The position numbers were made by a program, and so were the translations under genes. Source: Octopus sinensis (Eukaryota). From it: DNA of 64,000 nt. Positions 52,034 through 64,000 of the stretch are shown piece after piece (positions within the stretch are counted from its first letter, which is position 1; each line of letters starts with the position of its first letter). The notes beneath the pieces were generated by a model, which saw only the letters and a list, made by a program, of their open reading frames with translations, was not told the DNA's origin and did no database searches. The stretch lies in NCBI RefSeq assembly GCF_006345805.1, contig NC_043014.1, positions 14,570,001-14,634,000 of the forward strand, given 5' to 3'.

Positions 52034-52665
52034 CTGTTCAATAGCAATGTAAACCATTCCAGTTAGATAATAAAACAGCTCGGTCATAAAAGTTTAATGA
52101 AATATAATTAGTCTAATGAAATTATAATTAGTGGAAGGTGGTGAGCTGGCAGAAACATTAGCATGCCAGGTGAAATGCTTATCGGTATTTCGTCTGCCGT
52201 TATGTTCTGAGTTCAAATTTCGCCAAGGTAGACTTTGCCTTTCATCCTTTCGTGGTCAATAGATTAAGTACCAGTACTGGGGTCGATCTAATTGACTTAA
52301 TCCCCTTGTCTGTCTCTATGTTTAGCCCCTTGTGGGCAATAAAGAAATAAGAAATATAATTAGTCTTTCTGCTATGGTCACAAAGCCTGAAACAGTGGGG
52401 AAGGGGTGCCAGTCAATTACATTGACCCCAGTCCTCGAGTGGTATTTATTTTATCAACACTGCAAATATGAAGGCAAAACCTTGGTGGAATTTGAACTCA
52501 GAATGCAGCACTGGAAGAAATGTCATTAAGCATTTTGCCTAGCATGCTAATGATTCTGCCAGCTTGCTACTTTTATGAATAGAATCAAAGAAAGAAAGAA
52601 TAATGGAAGGAAAGAATGAGCAAAAGGAAGACAAAAGTAAGAAAGAATGAAACTACAGTAAATCC

Positions 52666-53500
52666 TCGAGTATAGTCCGCCTTTGAGTATATAATACGCA
52701 GGGGATTTTTAGGGGTCTGTACCCCTGAAAAACCTAAACATCATCATCATCATCATCATCGCTTAACATCCGCTTTCCATGCTAGCGTGGGTTGGATGGT
52801 TTAACTGGGGTCTGGGAAGCCCGAAGGCTGCACCAGGCCAGTCAGATCTGGCAGTGTTTCTACAGCTGGATGCCCTTCCTAACGCCAATAATACGCACCC
52901 CTTCTCTAACTTGAGTCAAGGAGGTCTATATAACGTCCTTGGTTTGTAAAAATGTATACGGTAACGTCCTTTATTATAATTGTATATATAACATAATGCA
53001 AACGTGTAGCCTTTTTGTATATTTTGTTTGCAGAAAATAAAGAAATAACAGTAATAACGTTTAATAAATGTTGCTTACTGCAAGTTATGGATGATTCTTT
53101 TATGACTTCATTGCTTTCAGGCTTAGCTTAAGGTATTTTTGCGCCCAACATCACAAAATGCGTCTGAATAAACATTGCTGGACAGCAAATAGAGACTTGG
53201 GCATTGCTTAGAAAATAACTTTCATTTTTAACCTCGTATATGGTACACACTAGGGATTTTGACCTTTAAATTTTGGGAAAAAAATGTGGATTATACTTGA
53301 GGATTTACGGTAAGTAATCTTAACATCTAGCCTGCCCTGTGTGTCGTATATGGTGCACAGGACACAATTTCCTGGGGTCCACACATCATATATGATACAC
53401 ATTCCCAATTTTTTTTTTTCAACCATTAGAGTAACTTGGAATTTATGAAAGAAAAGCGTTATATTACTCAGAAAGTATGAAAGAAGGACTATGCAAAAGT
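52666..53500 (+). mobile_element. Possible pogo/Tc1-type DNA transposon remnant interrupted by an RTE tail
   Basis: TA plus cagtaaatcctcgagtatagtccgc resembles pogo-like TIRs; no transposase ORF; right boundary uncertain. Confidence 0.35.
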
Positions 53501-54077
53501 CTGAAAACAAGCATGGGTATTTAGGACAAACTTATGAAAATGGTTTGGACAGGAAAAGAGATTTGATCAAAGAAACCCTAGAGATGTTGGTCAGATGGGA
53601 AAATAAAAACCCTTCTCAAAATCGCATACAAAGAGAAAAACTTTAGTGGTGTGACCTCTGAGATAAGGAGACACTACTGATGTAGTTATTTTTGCTTATC
53701 CTGGGCTTAGTCCTCATTGAATAAACAGGCTTATGATCAAAGGTACTCCAACTATGACCATTCCATCTTTTGGAGGTTTTGCATTTTCAGTCATAGTATA
53801 TGTAAGATTATAATATGTAACCTAAACAGTTTTAAGAGGGGAGGATGTGATTTGAGGATAATTTGGCTGCTATTTCAAATGGACTAAACAACAATGTAGA
53901 GAAATTCAACCTGAGTGTCATGAAGTATTTTAGTGCTACAGCTGTAGAGAAACACATCTTAATGTTGTCATCTCAAGGCAGGATGGCCATGGTGTTTACA
54001 GAGATGGATGAAGGAAATAAAGGTAGGCAGATTAATTTGCCTGCCTTTCATTATGGCCAAATTTCATCATCACCACC

Positions 54078-54108
<31 letters not shown>

Positions 54109-55309
54109 CCAGCAGCAACAGCCATTCAAGAATTTGGACCTGGAGATCTCCATTTCCAGTGACTTCGAGGGCCACCTCCCAGTGGTGTCAGGTGTCAACG
54201 AAGAGCCCTCGACTACAACAAGATGACCAAAGTTTTTTTTTTCAAGATCTGGGGTCTCCCATCCCTAAGCCCTAGACCATCACCTAATCACCCTTACCCA
54301 TCTTGTTGCTTAACAACAACTACAACAACAACAACCCTTGAATATGATTGTCTCAAGTCCTAGGTCTCATATGGTGGTTACATGGTTTCCATGACATGAC
54401 CGAGATCACATTCCCCCTGGACAAGACACCGGTCCATTGCAGAGTTACTCACTTAACTGAAGCAATATGAAATGAACTTTTTTGCTCAAGAGCACAATGT
54501 ACTGCCTGGTCCAGGAATTGAAACCATGATGTTGCGATTGTGAGTGCAACACTCTGACCACTAAGCCATGTACTTTCACATAAATGGAGGAAAATGAAGG
54601 GATGGAGAGCTGAATGGATGGGGAAATGAAGGGGTGGAAAAGGTGAATAAAAGGTGAATAAAAGGTGAGCAGGTGGATGGAAGGACATAAAAAGTCAGTA
54701 GATGTATGGATGGATACAGGGGAAATAAAAGGAGGGTAGAGGTATGGAAGGATGGAGGGGAATTAAGAGTGGATAGATGACTCCATGGATAGATGAAGGA
54801 GACGGAATGTAGGTTGACGGACGGAGGGACGAATACTTAAGTAGGCAGATACATGTGTGTGTGCATGTATGTATGAGTGTATGTGTGTGTGTGCATGGGT
54901 GTCTGGGGATATGTTAAAGAAAGTATGAGAGACTGAGAGAGAGGGTGGAGAGAGGGAAATGTATGGCTGCAGTAGTTTTATGTGATAACAGTTCACATAA
55001 GAGAACAGTTATGGCCAAATTTCAAAGACAGTGTTTAATTTAAAGAAAGTCAAGAATTATATTGTGTAGAATAATTACATTCCAAAGACATATGACCTCA
55101 TTGTCTTTATTTGCCAATTCTTTGGGTTCCAAATAGTTTATATTTGGTTTGGTATGACACAGAGATCAATCTGTGGTTTAACTTATACTAGAAGATATGG
55201 GAGTGAGATGGCGAGGGATGAGGAGGAGAATGGGAAAAAGAAAAGAAGAGGAAGAAGAGAGAGAAGAGAGAGGAGGGAGAGACAAAGAAAGGAGAGGGAG
55301 AGAGAGTAT

Positions 55310-56220
55310 GTGTGTATGTGTTTGTGTCTGTACATATGTGCACTTGTTCTTCAATGTGTGTATGCACACACACACACACACACATGTACACTTATACACG
55401 CACACTCACATACACTCACCCACACACACACTTACATACACATGCACATATACTCACTCACACACACATGTGTGCACACGCATGCACTCACTCATACACT
55501 CACACACATACACACACTTTCACGTGCAAATATACTAACACACTCACACATACACACAAACACAGTTACACAGTGACAGTGACACATTCACCCACACACT
55601 CAGACATAGCACATATACACTCTGTACACACACGCACACACACACACACACACGTGTGTACATATGTGCACTTGTTCCTCAATGTGTATATGCTTTGTGT
55701 GTGTGTGTGTATGTGTGCATATATCACTGTTTATGTGTGTGTCTGTGTCCATAGATGTGTGTGTGCTTGAGTGTGTCTCTGGGCATAAGTATATGTATGT
55801 GTGTGTCTGTATACCAGTGCATGTTCGTATTTGTGTGTGTGTCTGTATTGTGCCTGTGTGTGTGCATGTGTGTGTATGTATGTTTGCATGTCTGTATGTG
55901 GATGAGTGTGTGTGTATGTCTATGTGCACACGTGTGTCTCTGTGCATGTGAGTCTGTGTATGTATATAGCTGTGTGTGCGTGTATGTGCATGTGTGTATC
56001 AGAGTGTATATGTGCTATGTCTGAGTATGTGGGTGAGTCGTGTCACTGTCACTGTGTAAATGTGTTTGTGTGTATGTGTGAGTGTGTTAGTATATCTCTG
56101 TGTGAAAGTGTGTGTATGTTTGTGAGTGAGTGCATGCATGTACATGCACATGAGTGTGAGTGAGTGTGCGTGTGTGTATAAGTGTGTGTGAGTGAGTTCA
56201 TATGTGTGTGTATGTGCATT
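55310..56220. repeat. CA-rich then TG-rich low-complexity block with internal inverted repeat
   Basis: Degenerate dinucleotide tracts switch strand near 55650. Confidence 0.9.
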
Positions 56221-56767
56221 TGCATGTCCCCTTATCTTGACATGTCTAGCAGTTAGCTTGCTTGGAAACAGATGAGGGTTGGTGACAGGAAGGGCATCCA
56301 GCTGTAGAAAATGTCTGCCTCAGTGAATTTCATCTGACCCATGCGAGTATGGAAAAGTGGACATTAAATGAGCTGTGAGGATGATGATGATGATGACGGT
56401 TTTAAAACATTTCTGGAATTTGTTTCCTAACCACATGGTTCCAGGTTCAGTCCCACTGAGTGACACCTTGGGCAAGTGTCTTCTACTACAACTTTGGACT
56501 GACCAAATCCTTGTGAGTGGATTTGGTAGATGGAAACCGAAAGAAACCCGTCATATATATATGTGTGTGTGTGGTGTGTCTTTGAGTCTGTGTTTGGCCC
56601 CACTACCTCCTGACAACCAGTGTTGGTGTGTTTATGTCCCTGTGACTTAGTGGCACCTTTGGCAAATGTCTTCTACTACAGCCTCAGACTGACCAAATAC
56701 TTGTGAGAGGATTTGATAAATGGGAACCAAAAGAACCTCATTATATGTGTATATATATATATACATA

Positions 56768-57166
56768 CTAGCAGTATCACCCGGCGTTGCTCGGGTTTGT
56801 AAGGGAAATAACTATATAAGCATTTTTAGAGAGTTATAGCCAAAAAATAGCAAAAAAATGCATTAAAAATGGAAAAAAAAATGATGGTAAATTTTTTTTA
56901 AAATCGTTGACTCATCGTAGACATTTTTAGAGAGTTACTTCTCTTATATAATAGCGAAAAAATGCATTAAAATGGAAAAAAATGATGGTAAATTTTTTTT
57001 TAAATCGTAGACTCATCGTAGACGCGTGCTAATACCCAGAAGGGCTCGATATGAATCACGACTTTAAGATACCCGGTTTTGGTTATACTGCACCGCAAAA
57101 TGTGGGAGTAGTTAGGAATCTAAATCGTAGGAGACAGACACACAACTTCACTTTTATATATAAAGA
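56768..57166 (-). mobile_element. Non-autonomous Helitron
   Basis: TC...hairpin-CTAG termini and an internal tandem duplication. Confidence 0.85.
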
Positions 57167-57757
57167 TATATATATATATTTATATATATATTAGTAGTTA
57201 AGCCCAGTTTCACCCGGTCGGTTTGGATGATGTGGCTGTAAAACTTGCTCTGTGTAAGCATTTGACTTGTTTGGGCATGCTTACATTAAAAAACAATTTT
57301 AGAATGACTTTTTTTCTGTTGAAACGCTAAAAATAATTGACCAACAAAAACTCAATATAAATAGAAAGCAATATCCTATCAAAATGTGTGTGTCTTTTAC
57401 CTATACTCTTTACTCTCTTTTACTGGAGCACTGCCTTTAGTCGAGCAAATAAATCCCAGGACTTATTCTTTTGTAAGCCTAGTACTTATTCTATTGGATG
57501 TTTTTGCCGAACCGCTAAGTTATGGGAACATAAACACACCAACATCGGTTGTGAAGTGACGTTGAGGGGACAAACACAGACACACAAACATACACACACA
57601 CACACGCACACACATATATATATGTGCTAACGTTTCTGCCAGCTTGCTGGGGTTGATTAAATAAGTACCAGTTACACACTGGGGGCGATATAATTAACTT
57701 AATCCCTTTGTCTGTCCTTGTTTGTCCCCTCTGTGTAATTTCTTATTTCTTTACTGC

Positions 57758-57801
<44 letters not shown>

Positions 57802-57911
57802 GGCAGGCTTCTACACAGTTTCCATCTGCGAAAATCCCTCACAACGAAATGGTTGATCCGAGGCTATAGTTGAAGGCATTTTCCCTATGTGCCACACAGT
57901 GGGACTGAAGC

Positions 57912-58280
57912 TAAATGAGCGCCTTGTTTCCTTGGGCATGGATTCACTGAAGCTCCGGCGTCTGGCGACGGACTTGGTAAACACCCACAAGGTTATCAAC
58001 CACCTCACCAACAACAACACTGAACACCTTTTTGATCTCCATGTGTCTAACACACGTGGACATGCCTACAAAGTCAGAAAACAGCACAGCTCCCATGACT
58101 TTCGGAAACATTTTTTCACGCTCAGAGTTGCTGAAGCATGGAATAAACTGCCTGCGTCAGTTGTTGACTGCCATGACACTGCATCCTTTAAGGCCCTCAT
58201 GCTTTCCGAAATCCGCCGCAACTACACCTGATTATATATACACTTTAGATGAGTTGTAGTGCACCTGAGCACTGTACACA

Positions 58281-58305
<25 letters not shown>
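57912..58305 (+). mobile_element. 5'-truncated CR1-like LINE 3' end (second copy)
   Basis: ERLVSLGMDSLKLRRLATDL...TRGHAYKVRK...FFTLRVAEAWNKLPASVV, with an (ATT)n tail. Confidence 0.88.
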
Positions 58306-58311
<6 letters not shown>

Positions 58312-59807
58312 CATATATACGACGACTTCTTTCAGTTTCTGTCTATCAAATCCACTCACAAAGCTTTGGTCAGCCTGAGTCTATAGTAGAAGACACTTGC
58401 CCAAGGTGCCACACAGTGGGACTGAACCTGAAACCATGTGGTTGGTAAGCAAGCTACTTACCACACAGCCACTCCTACGCCTATATACCAAAACTTCAAA
58501 GGTGAGTTAAATAATAATTGAATCAACTCATGTATTATGTAAGAAATTTTATAGAAATCATGCTTGGCTGTCTAGTTAAGAAGCTTGCTTTGCAACCTTG
58601 TAGCTTCAGGTTCATTCCCACTTTGCGGCACAATGAGTGTCTTCTACTATAGCCCCTGGTAAATTAATGTCTTACAAGTGAATTTGGTAGGCAGAAATCA
58701 TGTGGAAGGCGGCGAGCTGGCAGAAACATTAGCACGCAGGGCGAAATGCTTAGTGGTATTTCGTCTGCAGCTACATTCTGAGTTCAAATTCTGCCGAGGT
58801 CAACTTTGCCTTTCATCCTTTCGGGGTTGATTAAATAAGTACCTATTTCTTTACTACCCACAAGGGGCTAAACACAGAGAGGACAAACAAGGACTGACAA
58901 AAAGATTAAGTTGATTATATCAACCCCAGTGCATAACTGGTACTTCTTTAATCGACCCCGAAATGATGAAATGCAAAGTCGACCTCAGCAGAATTTGAAC
59001 TCAGAATGTAGCGGCAGACGAAATACTGCTAAGCATTTTGCCCGGCGTGCTAACGTTTCTGCCAGCTCGCCGGGGTTGATTAAATAAGTACCAGTTACAC
59101 ACTGGGGTCGATATAATCGACTTAATCCCTTTGTCTGTCCTTGTTTGTCCCCTCTGTGTAATTTCTTATTTCTTTACTGCTATGTGTGTGTGTGTGTGTG
59201 TAATGGCAGGCTTCTACACAGTTTCCATCTGCGAAAATCACTCACAACGAAATGGTTGAAGGCATTTTCCCTATGTGTCACACAGTGGGACTGAACCTAA
59301 AACCAAAGGGCAACAGAGCTGCAAAGTGAACTCCATAAACACACAGCCATACCTGCACATAACGAATATATCAAACAGACATACCCATTTCTTACCTGTG
59401 TCAAACACACATAACTAACGCTTACAGGTTTCAAAAAGAGGAGTACCTGTTACTTTTACACCTGAGCAAAAGTCAGACACACAGACATGTATGTCCTATT
59501 CTTTTACATTTATGTTTCTGTTAATTGCAACAAAACCCTTACATGTATTTAAAGTAGCTTTATAATTACTTCTTCATCTACTTCATTTATTCTACTTTAG
59601 CTCCTTCCATTAATGACATAATTATCGCTGCTTTAAATCTCATCAATTCACTTTGCCAGGAATTTCATTGAGACAATTACAGATTGCCTAATACGAAATG
59701 TCACTGTTCATTTCCTTCATTAACTATAAACATGCAAGCTCAAAAAGAAGCCTCTATGTGGTCACTCAATTTGCTAGGAACAGCAGCTAAAAATATATGT
59801 ATACATA

Positions 59808-60256
59808 TCTATTATATAAAATCCGTTCTGTCTGTCTGCGTGTGTGTGTCTTCTAGGATCTCGAGCATCCTCCATCCGATTGCGCTCGAATTTGATATCT
59901 AGATACCAATGGTATCAGGACATGTATAAGTCTTGAAAAAATTGCAATAATCGATTCCAGGTGAGAATGTGCTCGATAAAGTTGTGGGAACATGCATTTG
60001 TATGTGCAAGTACATCAGCTGTTGCGATGTACTTACTGGTACTTTAAACTCTTCAGTTGCATATTTGTGTGAATAAAATCGTTTTTCTTTGGAATAGAAA
60101 AAAAGTCTATCTTTATTTCTTCTTTTGTTGGTGTCTCAAATTTAGGTTGAATCAGTGTTTCTGAAAGGCCTATGGGACGGTCGGACAAGTTGTTCTGAGA
60201 AAATTTGGTTTAAATTTTGACAACTCAGCACCATGCATTGGACAGGGGGCATTTTG

Positions 60257-60261
<5 letters not shown>
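59808..60261 (+). mobile_element. Helitron-like element, second family (copy 1)
   Basis: Starts A|TCTATTATATAAAATCCG plus (CTGT)n and ends ttttgctcat. Inverted copy at 61497-61880. Confidence 0.65.
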
Positions 60262-60298
<37 letters not shown>

Positions 60299-60788
60299 AT
60301 TTAAAAATAGGATAAAATGTTTATAAGAAATTATCAAGTAGTTAGTATGAAAAACGTCATAAGGGAAAAATTTATTAATTATTCCCTTTAAATATATTTA
60401 TTTATATTAAGGGCATTACTATGCATAAATGCCTCATGCTAGGAGGGACTCTTAAAGTCAAAACTACCATAATAAAATACACACACACATATACAATATA
60501 TATATTGTAATAATGAAAATGACTTGTGCTTAGAAATTTTTAGACTTTCCATCCAAAAGTCATTTTTGTTATTACTATATTTATCCTAAGCTGTAAGGAG
60601 TTTTGCATATATGTGACCATCCCAGTGGATTACTAGGGTAAACAGGAATAACAGGAGGTAGCCAACAACAAGAGGCATAGGAGCTTTTACAAGCACATTG
60701 TGAAACATTTCTGGAAAACAAATTGAAATGGATATATATATATATATATATATATAATCAAAATAAGCAAAAAAAATATCCAGAGGTA

Positions 60789-60878
60789 ATGCAGTACGAT
60801 CGTTTCATGTGACTCCATTTAATTGAACAATGCAAATATTGCATCAGTTTTAAAATGTAGAGCAATCTTCAGTTGCAC
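60789..60878 (-). ncRNA. Hammerhead motif (weak stem II)
   Basis: Minus strand reads gtgcaa-CTGAAGA-ttgctc...gagtcacat-GAAA-CGATCG-TA-ctgcat, with a palindromic stem III. Confidence 0.5.
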
Positions 60879-61149
60879 AAAATATAGAATTTAGTTAAAT
60901 TCAAAGGATTCATTTGTATAGTAATTCTATACTGCATTACCTCTGGATATCCTTGTTGCTTATTTTGATTGTAATCACCCCATTTTGAATTATATGGATA
61001 ATACCATACAAAATTCTGGTGCCTTTAACTTAAGTGCCATATTCAACTAAATCTAAATTTTGCTGAACTCATGGATGTTAAACGATGATGATGATGATGA
61101 TGTGTGTGTGTGTAAAGGTAAGATTGAAGGATCTCTGTGTAGGAAGTTA

Positions 61150-61480
61150 GTAAGATTTGAGCAGTCTGTAGAAGGTATAAAATAACAATATTGGTTTATT
61201 GACAAAGAAGATTGTAAATTTTTCCCATATTGAAGTTCGATAAGCCGAAAAAAGTTATTTTATAGTTCTCCATTATCAGCTGGGGTTGCTGTGTATGTGA
61301 ATAAAAATCCAAATTTAGGGAACAGAGCAAGTAAAAGTCTAGCTAGCATAACCTTGGCAGTAGTAATTACTCCATGAAGGGTACTCCGCTAGCTACTCAT
61401 TAGGCCAAAGATACCTTATTTAAATGAAGGTTACATTGTCATCAAGGGATCCCAAGTTAACTTGGAGATTTGATGGAAAA
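61150..61480 (-). mobile_element. Very degraded Penelope-like RT C-terminal remnant
   Basis: One frame reads IFIHIHSNPS**WRTIK*LFSAYRTS, resembling the PLE YIH..SNHP..IIK motif, with many stops. Confidence 0.35.
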
Positions 61481-61496
61481 AGTTGGATATATATAC

Positions 61497-61880
61497 ATGA
61501 GCAAAAGGCCCTCCCTATCCTGTCCAATGGACGGTGCTGAGTTGTTAAACATTTAAACCAAATTTTCTCAAAACAGCTTGTCCGACCGTCCCATGGGCCT
61601 CCCCTTTGAGAAACACTGATTTAACCTAAATTTGAGACACCAGCAAAAGAAGAAATAAAGATAGTCTTTTTTTTCTATTCTAAGAAAAACGATTTTACAA
61701 TGCACGTTCCCAAAGCTTTATCGATTGCATTCTCACCTGGAATCGATTTTTGTAATTTTTTAAAGACTTATACATGCCCTGACATAGTTGGTATCTACAT
61801 ATCAAATTTGAGCGCAATCGGATGGAGGATGCCCAAGATCCTAGAAGACACACAGACAGACAGAACGGATTTTATATAAT
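61497..61880 (-). mobile_element. Helitron-like element, second family (copy 2)
   Basis: Reverse-complement match to 59808-60261 but lacking a segment of about 80 nt; subterminal hairpin gtccattggac. Confidence 0.65.
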
Positions 61881-61899
61881 GTGTGTATATATATATATA

Positions 61900-62530
61900 T
61901 ATACATGTATTTTTATGGGGAAGGCTGGTTTATGGGATTACTCTGGGTTTCCCATCCATAAAGGGTTTAGCTTTATGATGTATTGTCAGATCCCAAAACC
62001 TGTTGGCCTAAGACCTCTTCAAAATATGGAGGGGAAAAGCCTTGTTACGAAGGTAAATACTAGGGGATTATCTCCCTTTGCCATTGGCTATCAACTTCCG
62101 GCTGTGCTGCCATCTGACGGGCTCCTATCTCCCTTTGCCTTTGGTTATCAACTTCTGGCTGCGCCTCCATCTTGCAGTTTCCAAAAAGCTAGCAGGTATT
62201 TCCTAAAATGTAAACATGGCCTGAAAATCTCTGTTCTGAAGTTAAGGATGGACCCAGGTTCGAGTGAATCATTTAAAATTCTCATGCAATCGGCTATGCA
62301 TAACTTGTTGATGTAGGGGCCTGGGTTCTGAAGGATTTCCCATGAGATTGAGTATGGGATCCTATTGTCTTTTAGTTGCCAGACATGACAGGACAGTGAT
62401 GTTACATATCTCCTTTCCGGAACTCTGAAGGAGGACCTATGGCTGGAGAGATGTTGCTTGAGAGAATTTTTGGCACATCCAGTGTATTTCCTTGGGTGCA
62501 CGTTAGTGGCACAGCACCTATTGTTGTTGT
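61900..62530 (-). mobile_element. Penelope-like retroelement 3' fragment (GIY-YIG C-terminal part plus hammerhead-bearing tail)
   Basis: Translates as KYTG.AKNSLKQHLSSHRSSF...TSLSCHVWQLKD..IPYSISWEIL...C...LNFRTEIFRPCLHFRKYLL, followed by the hammerhead motif. Confidence 0.8.
61927..62000 (-). ncRNA. Hammerhead motif 3' of GIY-YIG fragment
   Basis: Minus strand reads ggttttGGGAT-CTGACAA-tacatc ataaag...ctttat ggatgg-GAAA-cccagag-TA-ATCCCataaacc. It carries a G8-to-A change without a compensating U3. Confidence 0.6.
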
Positions 62531-62855
62531 TGCTGCTGTTGTTGTCACTGATATTGTTGTTTTGGGGGCTGGGGCTGCTGGTGTTGGCATCGGTGGAGGT
62601 GGAGTTGGTAATGTGATCGCCATTGTGTGTGTTGTCAGTGCCACACCTGTTGTTGCTGTTGTTGTTGTTGTTGTGGCTGCTGCTGTTGCTGATATTGTTG
62701 TTGTTGGAGCTGGAGCAGCTGGTATTAGCAATGCTGGAGGTGGTGGTGGTGTCAGTAATGCTATTGCCCCTGCCAGTTATGGAGAAGGCACTGTTGTTTT
62801 TAATATTGTTGTTGATAATTTATTATTATTGTGGTCTTTGCAATAATATATATAG

Positions 62856-62888
<33 letters not shown>

Positions 62889-63362
62889 TGTTTTTTTTGT
62901 GTGTGTATATATACATATATGTATGTATATTTCGGTCAAGCGTTCTGTATCTAGTTCTGGAAATTATGTTTGTAAATGACAGGCTATGCTGATGATCTTG
63001 CAGATGTTCGTGTGTACATATACATGAATATTAACAAGTGAAACTATCGTTTTTTATTTCATATATTTTCATTTGTCTTGCTTATTTTTTACACTTTGGT
63101 TTTTGCTGAGTTTTTTCTTGAGAACACATTCTTCGTGGAAAATAGCGATTTTGACATCTATATCTAGCATATTGACTGTCCTCCACTTTTAGTGGTCAGT
63201 CCTTTAAATTTTGTATATATATATATATATATATATAATTAATATTAGGTACAAATAACAGAGTGACTCAAAGTCCAAGGGTTTTGTGCATTAGTGCTTA
63301 CGAAACTAATTACAAATCAAGTGGTCATAAATTTATATACCAGTGATACTGGTGTTTCCCTG

Positions 63363-63402
<40 letters not shown>

Positions 63403-63507
63403 TGCACACATGCATGCACGCACACACATACACAGCTCTTAAGTAAAACACTTCATGTCACATTGTTCTGCAAGCACTTCAACACCAGATGCATGGTACA
63501 TTATGAC

Positions 63508-63542
<35 letters not shown>

Positions 63543-64000
63543 CATCATTATTATTATCATTATTATTGTTATTACACTGATGCAAGGTGGCAAGCTGGCC
63601 AAATCATTAGGATGCTGAGCAAAATGCTTAGAGGTATTTCATCTGTCTTTACAATCCAAGTTCAAATCTTGCCGAGGTCAACTTTCATCGTTTCAGGGCT
63701 GATAAAATAAGTACAAGTTGAGTACTGGGGTTGATGCAATCAACCTCTCCTACCTCTGAAATTGCTGGCCTAGTGCCAAAATTTGAAAGTATTATTACAC
63801 TGACGCATTTCATGCAGCACTGTGCAATATATATAAGATTTTGAGATCGAAGATTATTTTGTATAATCAATAATTTTTAATTTAAGAACATCTGTGTCTG
63901 TCTGTCTATCTGCCTCTATGTATGTATGTATGTATGTATGTATGTATGTATGTATGTGTGTATGTATGTGTGTACGTATATATGTATGTATTTATGTATG

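Noticed and set aside
59397-59462. Possible additional dynein exon (cag...gtaag on the minus strand)
   Set aside because: Stops in all three frames and no dynein similarity. I found no upstream dynein exon between 52034 and 64000.
60003-60075. Hammerhead-like insert within the Helitron-like copy (also the motif near 46315)
   Set aside because: Core GAAA is altered and spacing to the cleavage site is wrong; too degenerate to call.
62402-62979. V/A/G-rich and T/A/P-rich ORFs resembling a mucin or membrane protein
   Set aside because: GTT/GCT/GGT trinucleotide low-complexity sequence adjoining a Penelope-like fragment, with no splice or domain evidence.

Overview
Eukaryotic, AT-rich, repeat-dense genomic DNA. 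The SINE/RTE repertoire is consistent with an octopus genome (inference from memory, not searched). The only host gene is cytoplasmic dynein-2 heavy chain (DYNC2H1) on the minus strand. Twelve GT-AG exons (52033 down to 29, about 1978 nt) join in frame and cover AAA2, AAA3 and the approach to AAA4; the gene runs off both ends of the window. The introns hold many tRNA-derived SINEs, RTE/CR1/R4-Dong LINE fragments, two dead mariner transposases, Helitrons (one carrying a PIF1 helicase fragment), Penelope-like (GIY-YIG) remnants and microsatellites. Most six-frame ORFs are microsatellite or SINE artefacts. The notable signals are (i) about nine minimal type I hammerhead ribozyme motifs from several families, including an apparently intact U3-A8 covariant copy at 44522-44564 that is sense to the dynein pre-mRNA; (ii) many long fold-back palindromes, two of which start at or next to predicted hammerhead cleavage sites; (iii) a partial exon duplication with a dead acceptor, an inverted duplication bracketing an exon, and a D-to-G change at the AAA3 Walker-B-like position. 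All folds, alignments and coordinates were worked out by eye.
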